DNA of 64,000 nt from an uncultured Hyphomonas sp. (GTDB taxonomy: Bacteria; Pseudomonadota; Alphaproteobacteria; Caulobacterales; Hyphomonadaceae). Below the pieces are notes generated by a model that saw only the letters and a program-made list of their open reading frames with translations, did no database searches and had not been told where the DNA came from. Below are positions 45,714 through 54,257 of this stretch, piece after piece (within the stretch, counting starts at the first letter, position 1; the number at the start of each line of letters is the position of its first letter). Both the position numbers and the translations under genes were made by a program. The stretch covers positions 20,616 to 84,615 of the forward strand of contig CAYGKE010000004.1 in NCBI GenBank assembly GCA_964350465.1, read 5' to 3'.

Positions 45714-46334
45714 TTACGGCTTTCCGCCCGGGCTGCGAAGCATGACATAGCCTGGAAGCGCCATGCAGAGGAGCAAGCCAACGCCCAGAATGAGAACATA
45801 ATGAGCTGGTTGATCAATGAAGAAGCTGAGGACGACCGTCGAGACGAACCATCCGACGGCCGTCAGTCCATACCAGGCCCGCCTGCGAATAATCGATGCA
45901 GCGAACCAGATCGCGCCCTGAAAGGCACAGACCACAACAGGAAACAGTAACCAGACCGACCAGTCGTTTCTCTGGTAGGCGACCGCCCCGAAAACCAGTG
46001 CCAGAATGAGATTGGCAATACCGCCGCCGGAAAACGCCGCCTCAATGGCACGTCTTGCTGTGCCGGTGCCGAAAGGTTGGGCACGGTTTCGCCAGAGATA
46101 GTAGAAATTCACCATCAGAAACAAGATGGTTGGGAGGAAACCAATCGCCATCCAGACAAGTGGTGATGCCTCAATTTCCCAAATCAGAAGCGCTCCGTTC
46201 AGGAAACATTGCAGGCCATAAAGCAGTCCAGCGGCGAGATAATTGATGCCCAAACCGCGATTGTCGAAGCCGCCATCCTCAACCAGCGCCCGCATGAAGG
46301 CGAGATCGCCCTCGGCTGTTTTCTGATCAATCAT
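45714..46334 (-). CDS. Hypothetical membrane protein (about 6 TM)
   Basis: ATG 46334 overlaps the acyltransferase stop; DLAFMRALVE then TM segments. Confidence 0.75.
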   Translation of the reverse strand: MIDQKTAEGDLAFMRALVEDGGFDNRGLGINYLAAGLLYGLQCFLNGALLIWEIEASPLVWMAIGFLPTILFLMVNFYYLWRNRAQPFGTGTARRAIEAAFSGGGIANLILALVFGAVAYQRNDWSVWLLFPVVVCAFQGAIWFAASIIRRRAWYGLTAVGWFVSTVVLSFFIDQPAHYVLILGVGLLLCMALPGYVMLRSPGGKP

Positions 46335-47539
46335 TGTACTGCCTCCGCGATTAGCCGCTTGTGGCGGGTGCGTTTCTTTCCGTTCAACACCCAGCCGATA
46401 AAAGTATAGCGCACGAGAAGCTCGTAGCTCGCCAGCATCAGGGGAATCGATAGTGCGAGGATCATGACGTATTTCACCTCGGCGGGCCACGCCCATTGCG
46501 ATACCCAGACCTGCAGGGCCATGATGATGGGCAAGTGGATGATATAGAGCCAGTAGGACGCATCGGCGATATAGCGGCGCATGGGGCTCTCTTTCGCCCA
46601 GATCTTCATGCACAGCCCAATCAGACCGAACGTCCAGAGCCAGATCGAGAGGGCATAGGCGACCGGGTAAAGCTGCGTCGCACTCTCAGGCAGGGGTTGA
46701 AAATAAGCGACCCTCACGCCGACCATGGACAGGCAATAGCCGGTCAAAACCACTGCGCCCGCCAGATAGATCGGCCAGAGCCTCGTTGCCCGAACAAGAT
46801 GCTGCGGGTCGCGCTGCATCAGCCAGCCAAGTCCAAACGCGCCGCCATAAGCAATGGTCGCGGTCAGGTTGGGCACAAATCCGTAGTCCGGTGTCGGAAT
46901 ACCGAAGAAGGGGTGCCAGTTCGCATGGTTCATGAAGGCGACTGCAGTCGGGAGTGCGATGAGGACTGGCAGAAGCCCAATCGGCGACAGCCAATTCAAA
47001 ACGCGGTCGCTAAGCGTTCCGAGCGTGCTCTTCAAACCAATGAGAGACAGTAGTGCTCGGCCCGCCAACATACCGGCATAGAGCAGCAGCAGGGCATATA
47101 GAAACCAGAGATGCGTTAGTGGAAACGTCTTCAAGGTCATTGGCGGTGGCGGCGGTGCATTCTCCGGCATCGTGCCGCCATTCGCGGTAATCATTGCCCA
47201 GATCGCGACGGCAATGAAACCTGCCATGATGATCGGCCAGAATACGACCATGGGAATACCGATCCGCTTCAGGCGGTCCTGAACAAATTTCCCGGTTCCG
47301 AGACGGTAGGTCTGCATGCGGCCGAAATATCCTGCCAGCAGGAAGAAAATCGTCATGCGAAAAATGTGCAGGGTGAAGGCGGTTCCGGAGATCGCGCCGG
47401 ACCGCTGCGTATCCATGACCAACCAGAGCTGATCACCTGGAAAGAAAGAGAAGGCGGCGTGAAAAACGATACCGAGCAATAGCGCGCTGCCGCGAACGGC
47501 ATCCAGGCCATGCAAGCGTGTGGGAGGGGTGTGAGACAT
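46331..47539 (-). CDS. Membrane acyltransferase-3 (OpgC/MdoC-like)
   Basis: LDAVR, HIFRM..FF.LAGYF, LTHLWFL, YIADASYWLYIIHLP. Confidence 0.85.
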   Translation of the reverse strand: MSHTPPTRLHGLDAVRGSALLLGIVFHAAFSFFPGDQLWLVMDTQRSGAISGTAFTLHIFRMTIFFLLAGYFGRMQTYRLGTGKFVQDRLKRIGIPMVVFWPIIMAGFIAVAIWAMITANGGTMPENAPPPPPMTLKTFPLTHLWFLYALLLLYAGMLAGRALLSLIGLKSTLGTLSDRVLNWLSPIGLLPVLIALPTAVAFMNHANWHPFFGIPTPDYGFVPNLTATIAYGGAFGLGWLMQRDPQHLVRATRLWPIYLAGAVVLTGYCLSMVGVRVAYFQPLPESATQLYPVAYALSIWLWTFGLIGLCMKIWAKESPMRRYIADASYWLYIIHLPIIMALQVWVSQWAWPAEVKYVMILALSIPLMLASYELLVRYTFIGWVLNGKKRTRHKRLIAEAVQ

Positions 47540-47579
47540 GGTTTGATCCTCAATTCATGCGGATCTCATACCTCATAAG

Positions 47580-47594
47580 GTTTATAATGTAAAC
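47580..47594. promoter_or_regulatory. Possible operator of the acyltransferase-membrane protein-wHTH operon
   Basis: GTTTA-N5-TAAAC palindrome, with GGTTTATAA repeated directly after. Confidence 0.35.
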
Positions 47595-47679
47595 TGGTTT
47601 ATAAATTTCCATTCCCACGCCTCGTGCCAATGCCGTCATTCCGGCTGAGTGATTGGCAAGAATCATTTAGACAGGGTCC

Positions 47680-48270
47680 ATGTCGAAACTCTATTTCACC
47701 TATTCTGCAATGAATGCTGGCAAGTCGGCGATCCTGCTTCAGGCTGCCTACAATTATCGCGAGCGCGGGATGGAGGTCATGCTATGGACCTCCGGCCACT
47801 ATAGTGCCGAGCCTGAGGCCGAGTTTGGCGAGATTGAATCCCGCATCGGGCTTAGCCAGCACGCCCATCTTTATCGCGGCCAGACGGATCTTTATGCCGC
47901 GATCAGCCAGCAGCATGCCGAGACGCAGCTCGGCGCCATCTTCCTTGACGAGGCGCAGTTCCTGACCAAGGCGCAGGTCTGGCAGCTTGCGCGGATTGGT
48001 GATGATCTTGGCCTGCCAGTCCTCTGCTATGGCCTGCGCACGGATTTTCAGGGCGAGACGTTTGAGGGCTCGGCCGCGCTTCTGGCGCTCGCCGATGATC
48101 TGCGCGAAGCCCGCACGATCTGTCATTGCGGCCGTAAGGCGACCATGACCGCGCGAATGGACAAAAAAGGGGGCGCCCTCAAAGAGGGCGCCCAAGTCAG
48201 TGTGGGTAAAGAGGTTTACGTCTCTCTTTGCCGCAAACACTGGGAGAAAGCGTTAGAGCGAACGGCTTAG
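47680..48270 (+). CDS. tdk: Thymidine kinase
   Basis: YSAMNAGKS, DEAQF, YGLRTDF, CHCG...Y.SLCRKH. Confidence 0.93.
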   Translation: MSKLYFTYSAMNAGKSAILLQAAYNYRERGMEVMLWTSGHYSAEPEAEFGEIESRIGLSQHAHLYRGQTDLYAAISQQHAETQLGAIFLDEAQFLTKAQVWQLARIGDDLGLPVLCYGLRTDFQGETFEGSAALLALADDLREARTICHCGRKATMTARMDKKGGALKEGAQVSVGKEVYVSLCRKHWEKALERTA

Positions 48271-50657
48271 TCGGCTTCAGAATTGCCGTAATAGCGTCGC
48301 TCATAAAGGTCCGCGCCGACCTCTTTCGAAGCCTCAACCAGCGGCGCGTACGGAATGTCGGTCACGGATACGATACCGGAATTGTAATTCTCGCCATCAT
48401 AGGCGCGGCCAGTAATCGGGCCGTCCATATACTGGAACATGTGCACGCCGACAAAATGCGGTGCCTCAATAAACGAAAACATATAGTCCTTGAACTTGCG
48501 GCCGCGATCTTCCTGGTCAGCCGCGAGCACAATGCCGGGATGCTCATGGCCGGCATCATCGGCGCCAAAGCTGAACTCACCGATCAATGACGGCCGATCG
48601 ACTTCGTCGAGAATTTCCCAATGCTCAGGGCGGTAGCCATCTTCATAGAGATTGAAGGAGAGGATGTCGGACTCTTCGGCGGCCGCGCGAACGATTTCAT
48701 CCGGCCGGCCCCAATCGGCCATACGGGCCCCAAGATAGAGATGGTTCGGCATGACCGATTTGGTGGCCCGGCGGATCGTCGAGAAATATTGCTTGCCATA
48801 GGCATAGAGCAGGTCGGAATAATCCTGGCGCTGTGCTGGCGTGGTGAAGCCCTCATCGACGCCGGCATCGAATACGTCCCATGACGCGATATCTGTTTCC
48901 CAGGCCGCGTTCAGTGCATCAATCGTCTCATACTTGTCTTTCAGGATTTGCGAGAAGGCCGCCTTGGCGGGCTTGTCATCGACACTTTCCTTCAGCGTAT
49001 TCAGGACCAGACCATAATACAGATAGTCATTGTCCGGGCGGCCAAAGCTCTGCTCATTGTCGTAGAATATGCCCATACACCAGGGGCTGGCCTGCATCTG
49101 GTCACGGACAAATTCTGCCGACACCACAGCGCGGTCATAGAATACCGGGTCGAACGGATCTGGCAGTGGATGCCAGAGATCAAAGCCACTGGTCAGGGTT
49201 TCAAATTCGCCATTGATATCGGCAAAGGCGATGAATGGGATGCGGGTGTTTTCGTAATATTCCGGCTCCGACCAATTGCCGAGCGAGGTATACCCCCAGT
49301 CAATCATCCGCTTGATGGTCACATCGCGCCAGGTGTCCATATAGGACTTCTCATAAGTCTCGCCGTAGCGGCGCTCGAGATTGGCGCTGTAGAAGCTGTA
49401 AGTCTCTCCCCGTGTGAGCGGACCGGCCACAACAGAGCGCCGATAGCCAAAGTGATCCCCAAGCGGATCATCATAGGCTGGCAGCCATTCGAACATATCA
49501 GCGCGCAGGTCAGATTTCAGCTCACGCGTTGGAATGGCCTCTTCATTGACCCGGTTCAGCGGTTGGTCGTCTTCGGATATGATTTCATTGACATCGCGCT
49601 CACTGATCAGGTCGTGGTCAAAATCATAGCCGGTGACGGTTGAGGAATTGGACAGGCGGATAATGTCGATGCCCGTCGAGAAATAGAGATAGCCTTCAGG
49701 ATCGACCAGCCACCACTTGCCATCGACTTTCTCGGTTCGGAAAAAGCCGGTGGCCTCAAGCTGTGGCCCATCTTTCCAGCCATGGAACTTGCTGCGCCCT
49801 GGCAGTGGCTCACCGACAAGTGCCGCCATCTCGGTTTCTGCGATGGCGCGTAGCTCCTCGTCAGAGCTGACCTTGGTCGCATAGTCGACCTTGGCGTTCT
49901 GGCCGAACTTGTCGAGAATACCGACCAGGAAATTGGGATCGATTTCAGGGTTCGGGCGCAAGCGAATATTGTCGATTGTGAATTCACGGTCGGAGAGATT
50001 ACCGGACACGGAAAGTGCGACCTGAGTGATCCCATCGAGGTTGAGTTTCTTCTTCCCCCAAAAGGAATAGACCTGACGGTCATCGCCGTCCCAACTCTCC
50101 GGGTTGGCGCGCAAACCGGACGGGAAGTTGAAATCATTGATTGCCGTGCCGTCAGCCTGCGTCTGGTCGTGACCATCCATCTTGCCATAGACCGTGCTTG
50201 CCGGGCCAACCGGTATCACGAAGCCGCGCGTATAGCCGTCACCGCTAATGTCAGACATGTTCAGATCAATCTGGACCGACTCTGACCCTGTGCCAGAAAT
50301 ATCAAAGGCGAAGTTGAAATCCTTATAGGCGCTCCAGTCCCAGGGTTCAGATGGGAGCAGGGCAAGGCTCGCGCTCCAATGATCCTTGGAGTTCAGAACA
50401 ACTTTCAGCGCCTTGCCGCCATCCGCGCTGTCGACAATTTCGAGCGACCCATTGTTTACCTTCACAAAGCCCGGCACAGCGCCGTCTTCAAAGTCGGCAA
50501 GCATGATGTCGCCCGGTAGTGTTGACGCGGCCTCAGGCGTTTCCGGCATATCAGTAGCGGGCTCAGCAGGTACCGTCTCGGCGCACGCCGCCAGAGCAAG
50601 TGCTGTTGACCCGGCAAGCCATATCCTGAGTGTTGGTCTTTTAATACGGTGGATCAT
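48267..50657 (-). CDS. GH50 beta-agarase-like lipoprotein
   Basis: LAA-C lipobox; WWLVDPEGY, WGYTSLGNW, catalytic Glu in FYDNEQSFG and IGEFSFG, RAYDGENYN. Confidence 0.87.
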   Translation of the reverse strand: MIHRIKRPTLRIWLAGSTALALAACAETVPAEPATDMPETPEAASTLPGDIMLADFEDGAVPGFVKVNNGSLEIVDSADGGKALKVVLNSKDHWSASLALLPSEPWDWSAYKDFNFAFDISGTGSESVQIDLNMSDISGDGYTRGFVIPVGPASTVYGKMDGHDQTQADGTAINDFNFPSGLRANPESWDGDDRQVYSFWGKKKLNLDGITQVALSVSGNLSDREFTIDNIRLRPNPEIDPNFLVGILDKFGQNAKVDYATKVSSDEELRAIAETEMAALVGEPLPGRSKFHGWKDGPQLEATGFFRTEKVDGKWWLVDPEGYLYFSTGIDIIRLSNSSTVTGYDFDHDLISERDVNEIISEDDQPLNRVNEEAIPTRELKSDLRADMFEWLPAYDDPLGDHFGYRRSVVAGPLTRGETYSFYSANLERRYGETYEKSYMDTWRDVTIKRMIDWGYTSLGNWSEPEYYENTRIPFIAFADINGEFETLTSGFDLWHPLPDPFDPVFYDRAVVSAEFVRDQMQASPWCMGIFYDNEQSFGRPDNDYLYYGLVLNTLKESVDDKPAKAAFSQILKDKYETIDALNAAWETDIASWDVFDAGVDEGFTTPAQRQDYSDLLYAYGKQYFSTIRRATKSVMPNHLYLGARMADWGRPDEIVRAAAEESDILSFNLYEDGYRPEHWEILDEVDRPSLIGEFSFGADDAGHEHPGIVLAADQEDRGRKFKDYMFSFIEAPHFVGVHMFQYMDGPITGRAYDGENYNSGIVSVTDIPYAPLVEASKEVGADLYERRYYGNSEAD

Positions 50658-50871
50658 GTAAGTCCTCCCATGGACATTTGTTGTGCCTTGAGGCCGCGTT
50701 TGGCACGCTTTTCTGGCTCATATATACACAGGAGAAGTGCGTCGGTCATCTTATTTTGTCAACAATCAACAAGATTCGAGTGGTCGTGTCGCACGCGAAA
50801 AATCGAACTTTGCCCCCATTTCGGCCATAATGAGCAGTTACTCACATAGACTGGAGACAATGGAGGTTCCA

Positions 50872-51426
50872 ATGCGCGACCGCACCCGTGGATGGATTTC
50901 AAGCTTGATCCTTGGCCTGGCGACCCTTCTGGCTTTTGTCGGCATCGGGCTTGCCGCCAATTCGCAGAGTGAAGCACCGGGCTCGCCTTTGATTGACTAT
51001 CAGGGCTTTGAGGCGCTGACAGACGAAGTCTTCGAAATTCGCAATCAGCGCTTGATAGACATTGCGAGCTTCAACGCCATGAAAGCCGACCCTGACACAA
51101 TCATTCTCGATACGCGCAGCGCCGCAGCCTTTGACATGGGTCATATCGAGGGCGCGATAAACCTGCCTTTCTCCGACTTCACAGACGAGAAACTGGCCAA
51201 AGTGATCCCGTCCATGGACACGCGTATCCTGATCTATTGCAACAATAATTTCATGGACAATATCGAGCCGGTGCCGGTCAAGCGCGTCGAACTGGCGCTG
51301 AATATCCCGACCTTCATCAATCTCTACGGCTATGGCTACGAGAATATCTATGAACTGGGCGACCTGCTCCAGACCGGCGATGCAGACGTCAACTGGGTCT
51401 CGGCTTTCGACCTTCAGGAAAACTAA
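50872..51426 (+). CDS. Exported rhodanese-like domain protein
   Basis: N-terminal hydrophobic helix; ILDTRS, GHIEGAINL, LIYCNNN; GGAGG before ATG 50872. Confidence 0.78.
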   Translation: MRDRTRGWISSLILGLATLLAFVGIGLAANSQSEAPGSPLIDYQGFEALTDEVFEIRNQRLIDIASFNAMKADPDTIILDTRSAAAFDMGHIEGAINLPFSDFTDEKLAKVIPSMDTRILIYCNNNFMDNIEPVPVKRVELALNIPTFINLYGYGYENIYELGDLLQTGDADVNWVSAFDLQEN

Positions 51427-51516
51427 ACCGCGTATTCTACCTATTGAATTCGCGGGCATTCGCCTGCAAATGGCCGCCTGAAGAGTAATTCCGGGCTGAT
51501 GGAGGCCGACTTGACG

Positions 51517-52332
51517 ATGACTGCAGCGCCAGAGGCGGCCGCGCCAAAAAAAGTGAACCCGAATGCGCCGACAGAGGAAACCGTCCTGTCGGTGCATCAC
51601 TATACTGACCGGCTGTTCAAGTTCCGCATCACACGCCCGACCAGTTTCCGCTTCCGCTCTGGCGAGTTCATCATGATCGGTCTGATGGGCGATAATGGCA
51701 AACCGCTGCTGCGCGCCTATTCGGTTGCCTCGCCGAACTGGGATGACACGCTTGAATTCTACTCGATCAAAGTGCCGGACGGCCCGCTGACCTCAAAGCT
51801 CCAACTGATCAAGGAAGGCGACAAGGTCCTGCTCGGCAAGAAGCCGGTCGGCACACTTGTCCATGACGCGCTTGTGCCGGGCAAACGGCTCTATTGCTTC
51901 TCGACCGGGACCGGCTTTGCGCCGTTCGCCAGCGTCATTCGTGACCCGGAAACCTATGACAAGTTTGACGAGGTCATCGTCACTCATACCTGCCGCGATG
52001 TTGCTGAGCTCGCCTATTCGAAAGAGGTGGTCGAGAGCTTTTTGAGCGATCCCGATATTGGCGAACTGGGCCGCGGCAAGCTTCGCCTCTACCAGACCTG
52101 CACGCGCGAAGCGTTCGACAAGGCCGGGCGTGTGACCGACCTGATCCGCTCCGGAAAACTGTTTGAGGATCTTGGCGTTCCGCGTCTCGATCCGGTAACG
52201 GACCGCGCGATGATTTGCGGCTCCATCGATATGACCAAGGAACTGAAAGGCCTGATGGAAGAACACGGCCTGAAAGAAGGCTCAAACGCTGAACCGGCCG
52301 ACTTCGTCATTGAACGCGCCTTTGTCGGCTAG
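51517..52332 (+). CDS. fpr: Ferredoxin-NADP+ reductase
   Basis: RAYSVAS, GPLTS, STGTGFAPF, MICGS, FVIERAFVG. Confidence 0.92.
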   Translation: MTAAPEAAAPKKVNPNAPTEETVLSVHHYTDRLFKFRITRPTSFRFRSGEFIMIGLMGDNGKPLLRAYSVASPNWDDTLEFYSIKVPDGPLTSKLQLIKEGDKVLLGKKPVGTLVHDALVPGKRLYCFSTGTGFAPFASVIRDPETYDKFDEVIVTHTCRDVAELAYSKEVVESFLSDPDIGELGRGKLRLYQTCTREAFDKAGRVTDLIRSGKLFEDLGVPRLDPVTDRAMICGSIDMTKELKGLMEEHGLKEGSNAEPADFVIERAFVG

Positions 52333-52356
52333 TTTTACAATCCTCAAACGCGTCAG

Positions 52357-52383
52357 TCATCCTTCGACTTCGCTCAGGATGAG
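52357..52383 (-). repeat. REP-like palindromic repeat, copy 1
   Basis: TCATCCTTCGACTTCGCTCAGGATGAG; terminal TCATCCT/AGGATGA stem. Confidence 0.9.
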
Positions 52384-52398
52384 CGTTATCCTCGCTTG

Positions 52399-52725
52399 AT
52401 GCAATTTTTCGTTTACATCCTTCGATGCGCTGATGGCGCATACTATGTCGGCAGTCATCGCGGGGATGATGTCATGGTCAGGGTTCATGATCACAATCAT
52501 GGAACAAACTCTAAGGCCTACACATACTCAAGGCGACCTGTTGAGTTGCTTTGGAGCGAGGCATTTGATGATCCACACGACATGGTCGCTGCTGAGCGTC
52601 GGCTCAAAGGTTGGAGCAGAGCAAAAAAAGAAGCTTTCATAAGTGGTGACATTGAGCGTTTGAAGCGCTCTCCAAATCCAGAACTGCGCCACCGGATTCC
52701 GCTAAGGGTTTGTATTACAAGCTGA
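52399..52725 (+). CDS. Small stand-alone GIY-YIG nuclease
   Basis: FVYILRCADGAYYVG, RVHDH, RRPVEL, ERRLKGWSRAKKEA; C-terminus possibly frameshifted. Confidence 0.88.
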   Translation: MQFFVYILRCADGAYYVGSHRGDDVMVRVHDHNHGTNSKAYTYSRRPVELLWSEAFDDPHDMVAAERRLKGWSRAKKEAFISGDIERLKRSPNPELRHRIPLRVCITS

Positions 52726-52744
52726 CAGGCCAGAAGAAACCGGA

Positions 52745-52771
52745 CTCATCCTGAGCGAAGTCGAAGGATGA
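52745..52771 (+). repeat. REP-like palindromic repeat, copy 2
   Basis: CTCATCCTGAGCGAAGTCGAAGGATGA, exact reverse complement of copy 1. Confidence 0.9.
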
Positions 52772-52856
52772 AGCGAACGACCGGACCCTTTGATCATACC
52801 AACCATTCCAAATCCTCAGATTGACACCGCATAGCGCGCAGCCTGATCTTGGGCAA

Positions 52857-53324
52857 ATGATCACTGTCCGGCCCTTCATCTCGTCCGACGCATCCGCTTT
52901 CCGCGAGCTCAACCTCGACTGGATCCGGCAATATTTTGAGATCGAGCCCGAAGACCAGGCCCAGCTCGATGACCCGCAGCGCCATATCCTGGACAAGGGC
53001 GGCCGTATCCTGATCGCTGATCATGATGGCGTTCCGGTCGGAACCGTCGCTCTGGTCAACGGCCACCAAGCCGGCACCGTCGAACTCATAAAGATGTCAA
53101 CACGATCAGATCTGCGCGGGCAGGGGATCGGCAAGGCGTTGATGATGGCCGCGCTCGAAACTGCGCGCGACATGGGCGCGTCCCGTATATGGCTGGAAAC
53201 CAGCACCAAACTGGACGCCGCCATCGCGCTCTACACAAAGTCGGGGTTTCGCGAGCTGAAGCCGGAAGAATGGGGCGATACGCCCTTCAGCCGCTGCAAT
53301 TGCCAGATGGTTTTGCAGCTATAA
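52857..53324 (+). CDS. GNAT family N-acetyltransferase
   Basis: ELIKM, RGQGIGKALM, AIALYTKSGF. Confidence 0.87.
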   Translation: MITVRPFISSDASAFRELNLDWIRQYFEIEPEDQAQLDDPQRHILDKGGRILIADHDGVPVGTVALVNGHQAGTVELIKMSTRSDLRGQGIGKALMMAALETARDMGASRIWLETSTKLDAAIALYTKSGFRELKPEEWGDTPFSRCNCQMVLQL

Positions 53325-53336
53325 ATTCAAAAGCCC

Positions 53337-53407
53337 TCATCCTGAGCAGAGCTGAAGGATGAGGGCTGAAGCAATACGAGATCATCCTTCGACGTCGCTC
53401 AGGATGA
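53337..53407. repeat. REP doublet (copies 3 and 4, inverted, 19-nt spacer)
   Basis: TCATCCTGAGCAGAGCTGAAGGATGA (53337-53362) and TCATCCTTCGACGTCGCTCAGGATGA (53382-53407), between convergent genes. Confidence 0.85.
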
Positions 53408-53422
53408 ACAAGCGGGTCAGAG

Positions 53423-54181
53423 CTACTTCCCGAAAGCATAGACCAGCGAAACGCGGCTGATCGTGTCAGTCGCCTCAAACCCGTCTACAGGATCGGTGTC
53501 ATGGCGCACTTCGAACGAGACCCGCGCCGACAGAGTATTGGTCAGGCTCGCCGTGATTGCTGCGACATTGCCAAACTGCGTCGAGGTTTCGGCATACAGC
53601 ATACTGGTATCATTGGTGAAACCGACATTGTCATTGAACTGGTAGGCAAAGTTCGATTTGGCCGTTGCACCAAAGGACTCCTCGGTCATGGCTGGGGTCA
53701 GAACCGTGAGGGGTGAGTTGGGATCAGCAACGGGGCGGATCTCGTCGATCTTGAAACCCGGGCCACCACGAACGGTCCAGCTGAGCGCATCGCTGTTATA
53801 AATTTCGTAGCCAAGGCCGCCGCCGACAAAGGCGCGGGACTCAAAGCCTGAAAACTCGTCCTTCTCGTAAGACAGTTCACCGAAGCCGAACAGTCTGTCA
53901 TTGATCTGACGGTCCAGGTTTGCACCCAGGAAAATCCGGTTTCTGGTCTCGACTTCATCAGTTTCGCCATAATCGATTGCGGCGTTGACACCGGCCGCCC
54001 AGACGCCCCAATCGCGGCCAAGGTCAACTGCCAGACCAAGATCGGTGGTTTCAGTATTACCGGTCGAAACCCCGGCGCTCAGGGAACCCTCGCCGGTCCA
54101 GGTTGCGTCTTCGGCTGCAAAGGCAGGCGCTGCGCCTGCCACAAGAAGGGCAGCGGCAGCAAGTTTAAGGTGTTTGATCAT
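53423..54181 (-). CDS. DUF481/YdiY-like outer-membrane beta-barrel protein
   Basis: Signal peptide AFA-A; STGNTET, amphipathic strands, C-terminal LVYAF. Confidence 0.82.
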   Translation of the reverse strand: MIKHLKLAAAALLVAGAAPAFAAEDATWTGEGSLSAGVSTGNTETTDLGLAVDLGRDWGVWAAGVNAAIDYGETDEVETRNRIFLGANLDRQINDRLFGFGELSYEKDEFSGFESRAFVGGGLGYEIYNSDALSWTVRGGPGFKIDEIRPVADPNSPLTVLTPAMTEESFGATAKSNFAYQFNDNVGFTNDTSMLYAETSTQFGNVAAITASLTNTLSARVSFEVRHDTDPVDGFEATDTISRVSLVYAFGK

Positions 54182-54257
54182 GATTGTATTCGCTCCTGTT
54201 GATCGCAGCGCGCGACATGGAGCCAAAAGCCTGAATTCAAAATGAATTTGGTGCAGT

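Larger units (their letters stand above)
52357..52771. mobile_element. Candidate REP-flanked GIY-YIG nuclease cassette
   Basis: Single nuclease gene between perfect 27-bp inverted repeats; about 49% GC by hand count versus about 57% sampled in fpr. Confidence 0.5.

Noticed and set aside
47633-47645. CCGTCATTCCGGC as a CGTC-type REP
   Set aside because: No complementary arm follows; single short match, likely chance
52399-52725. GIY-YIG as an intron homing endonuclease, UvrC or restriction enzyme
   Set aside because: Stand-alone ~108 aa, intergenic, no intron, DNA-binding extension or cognate DNA methyltransferase
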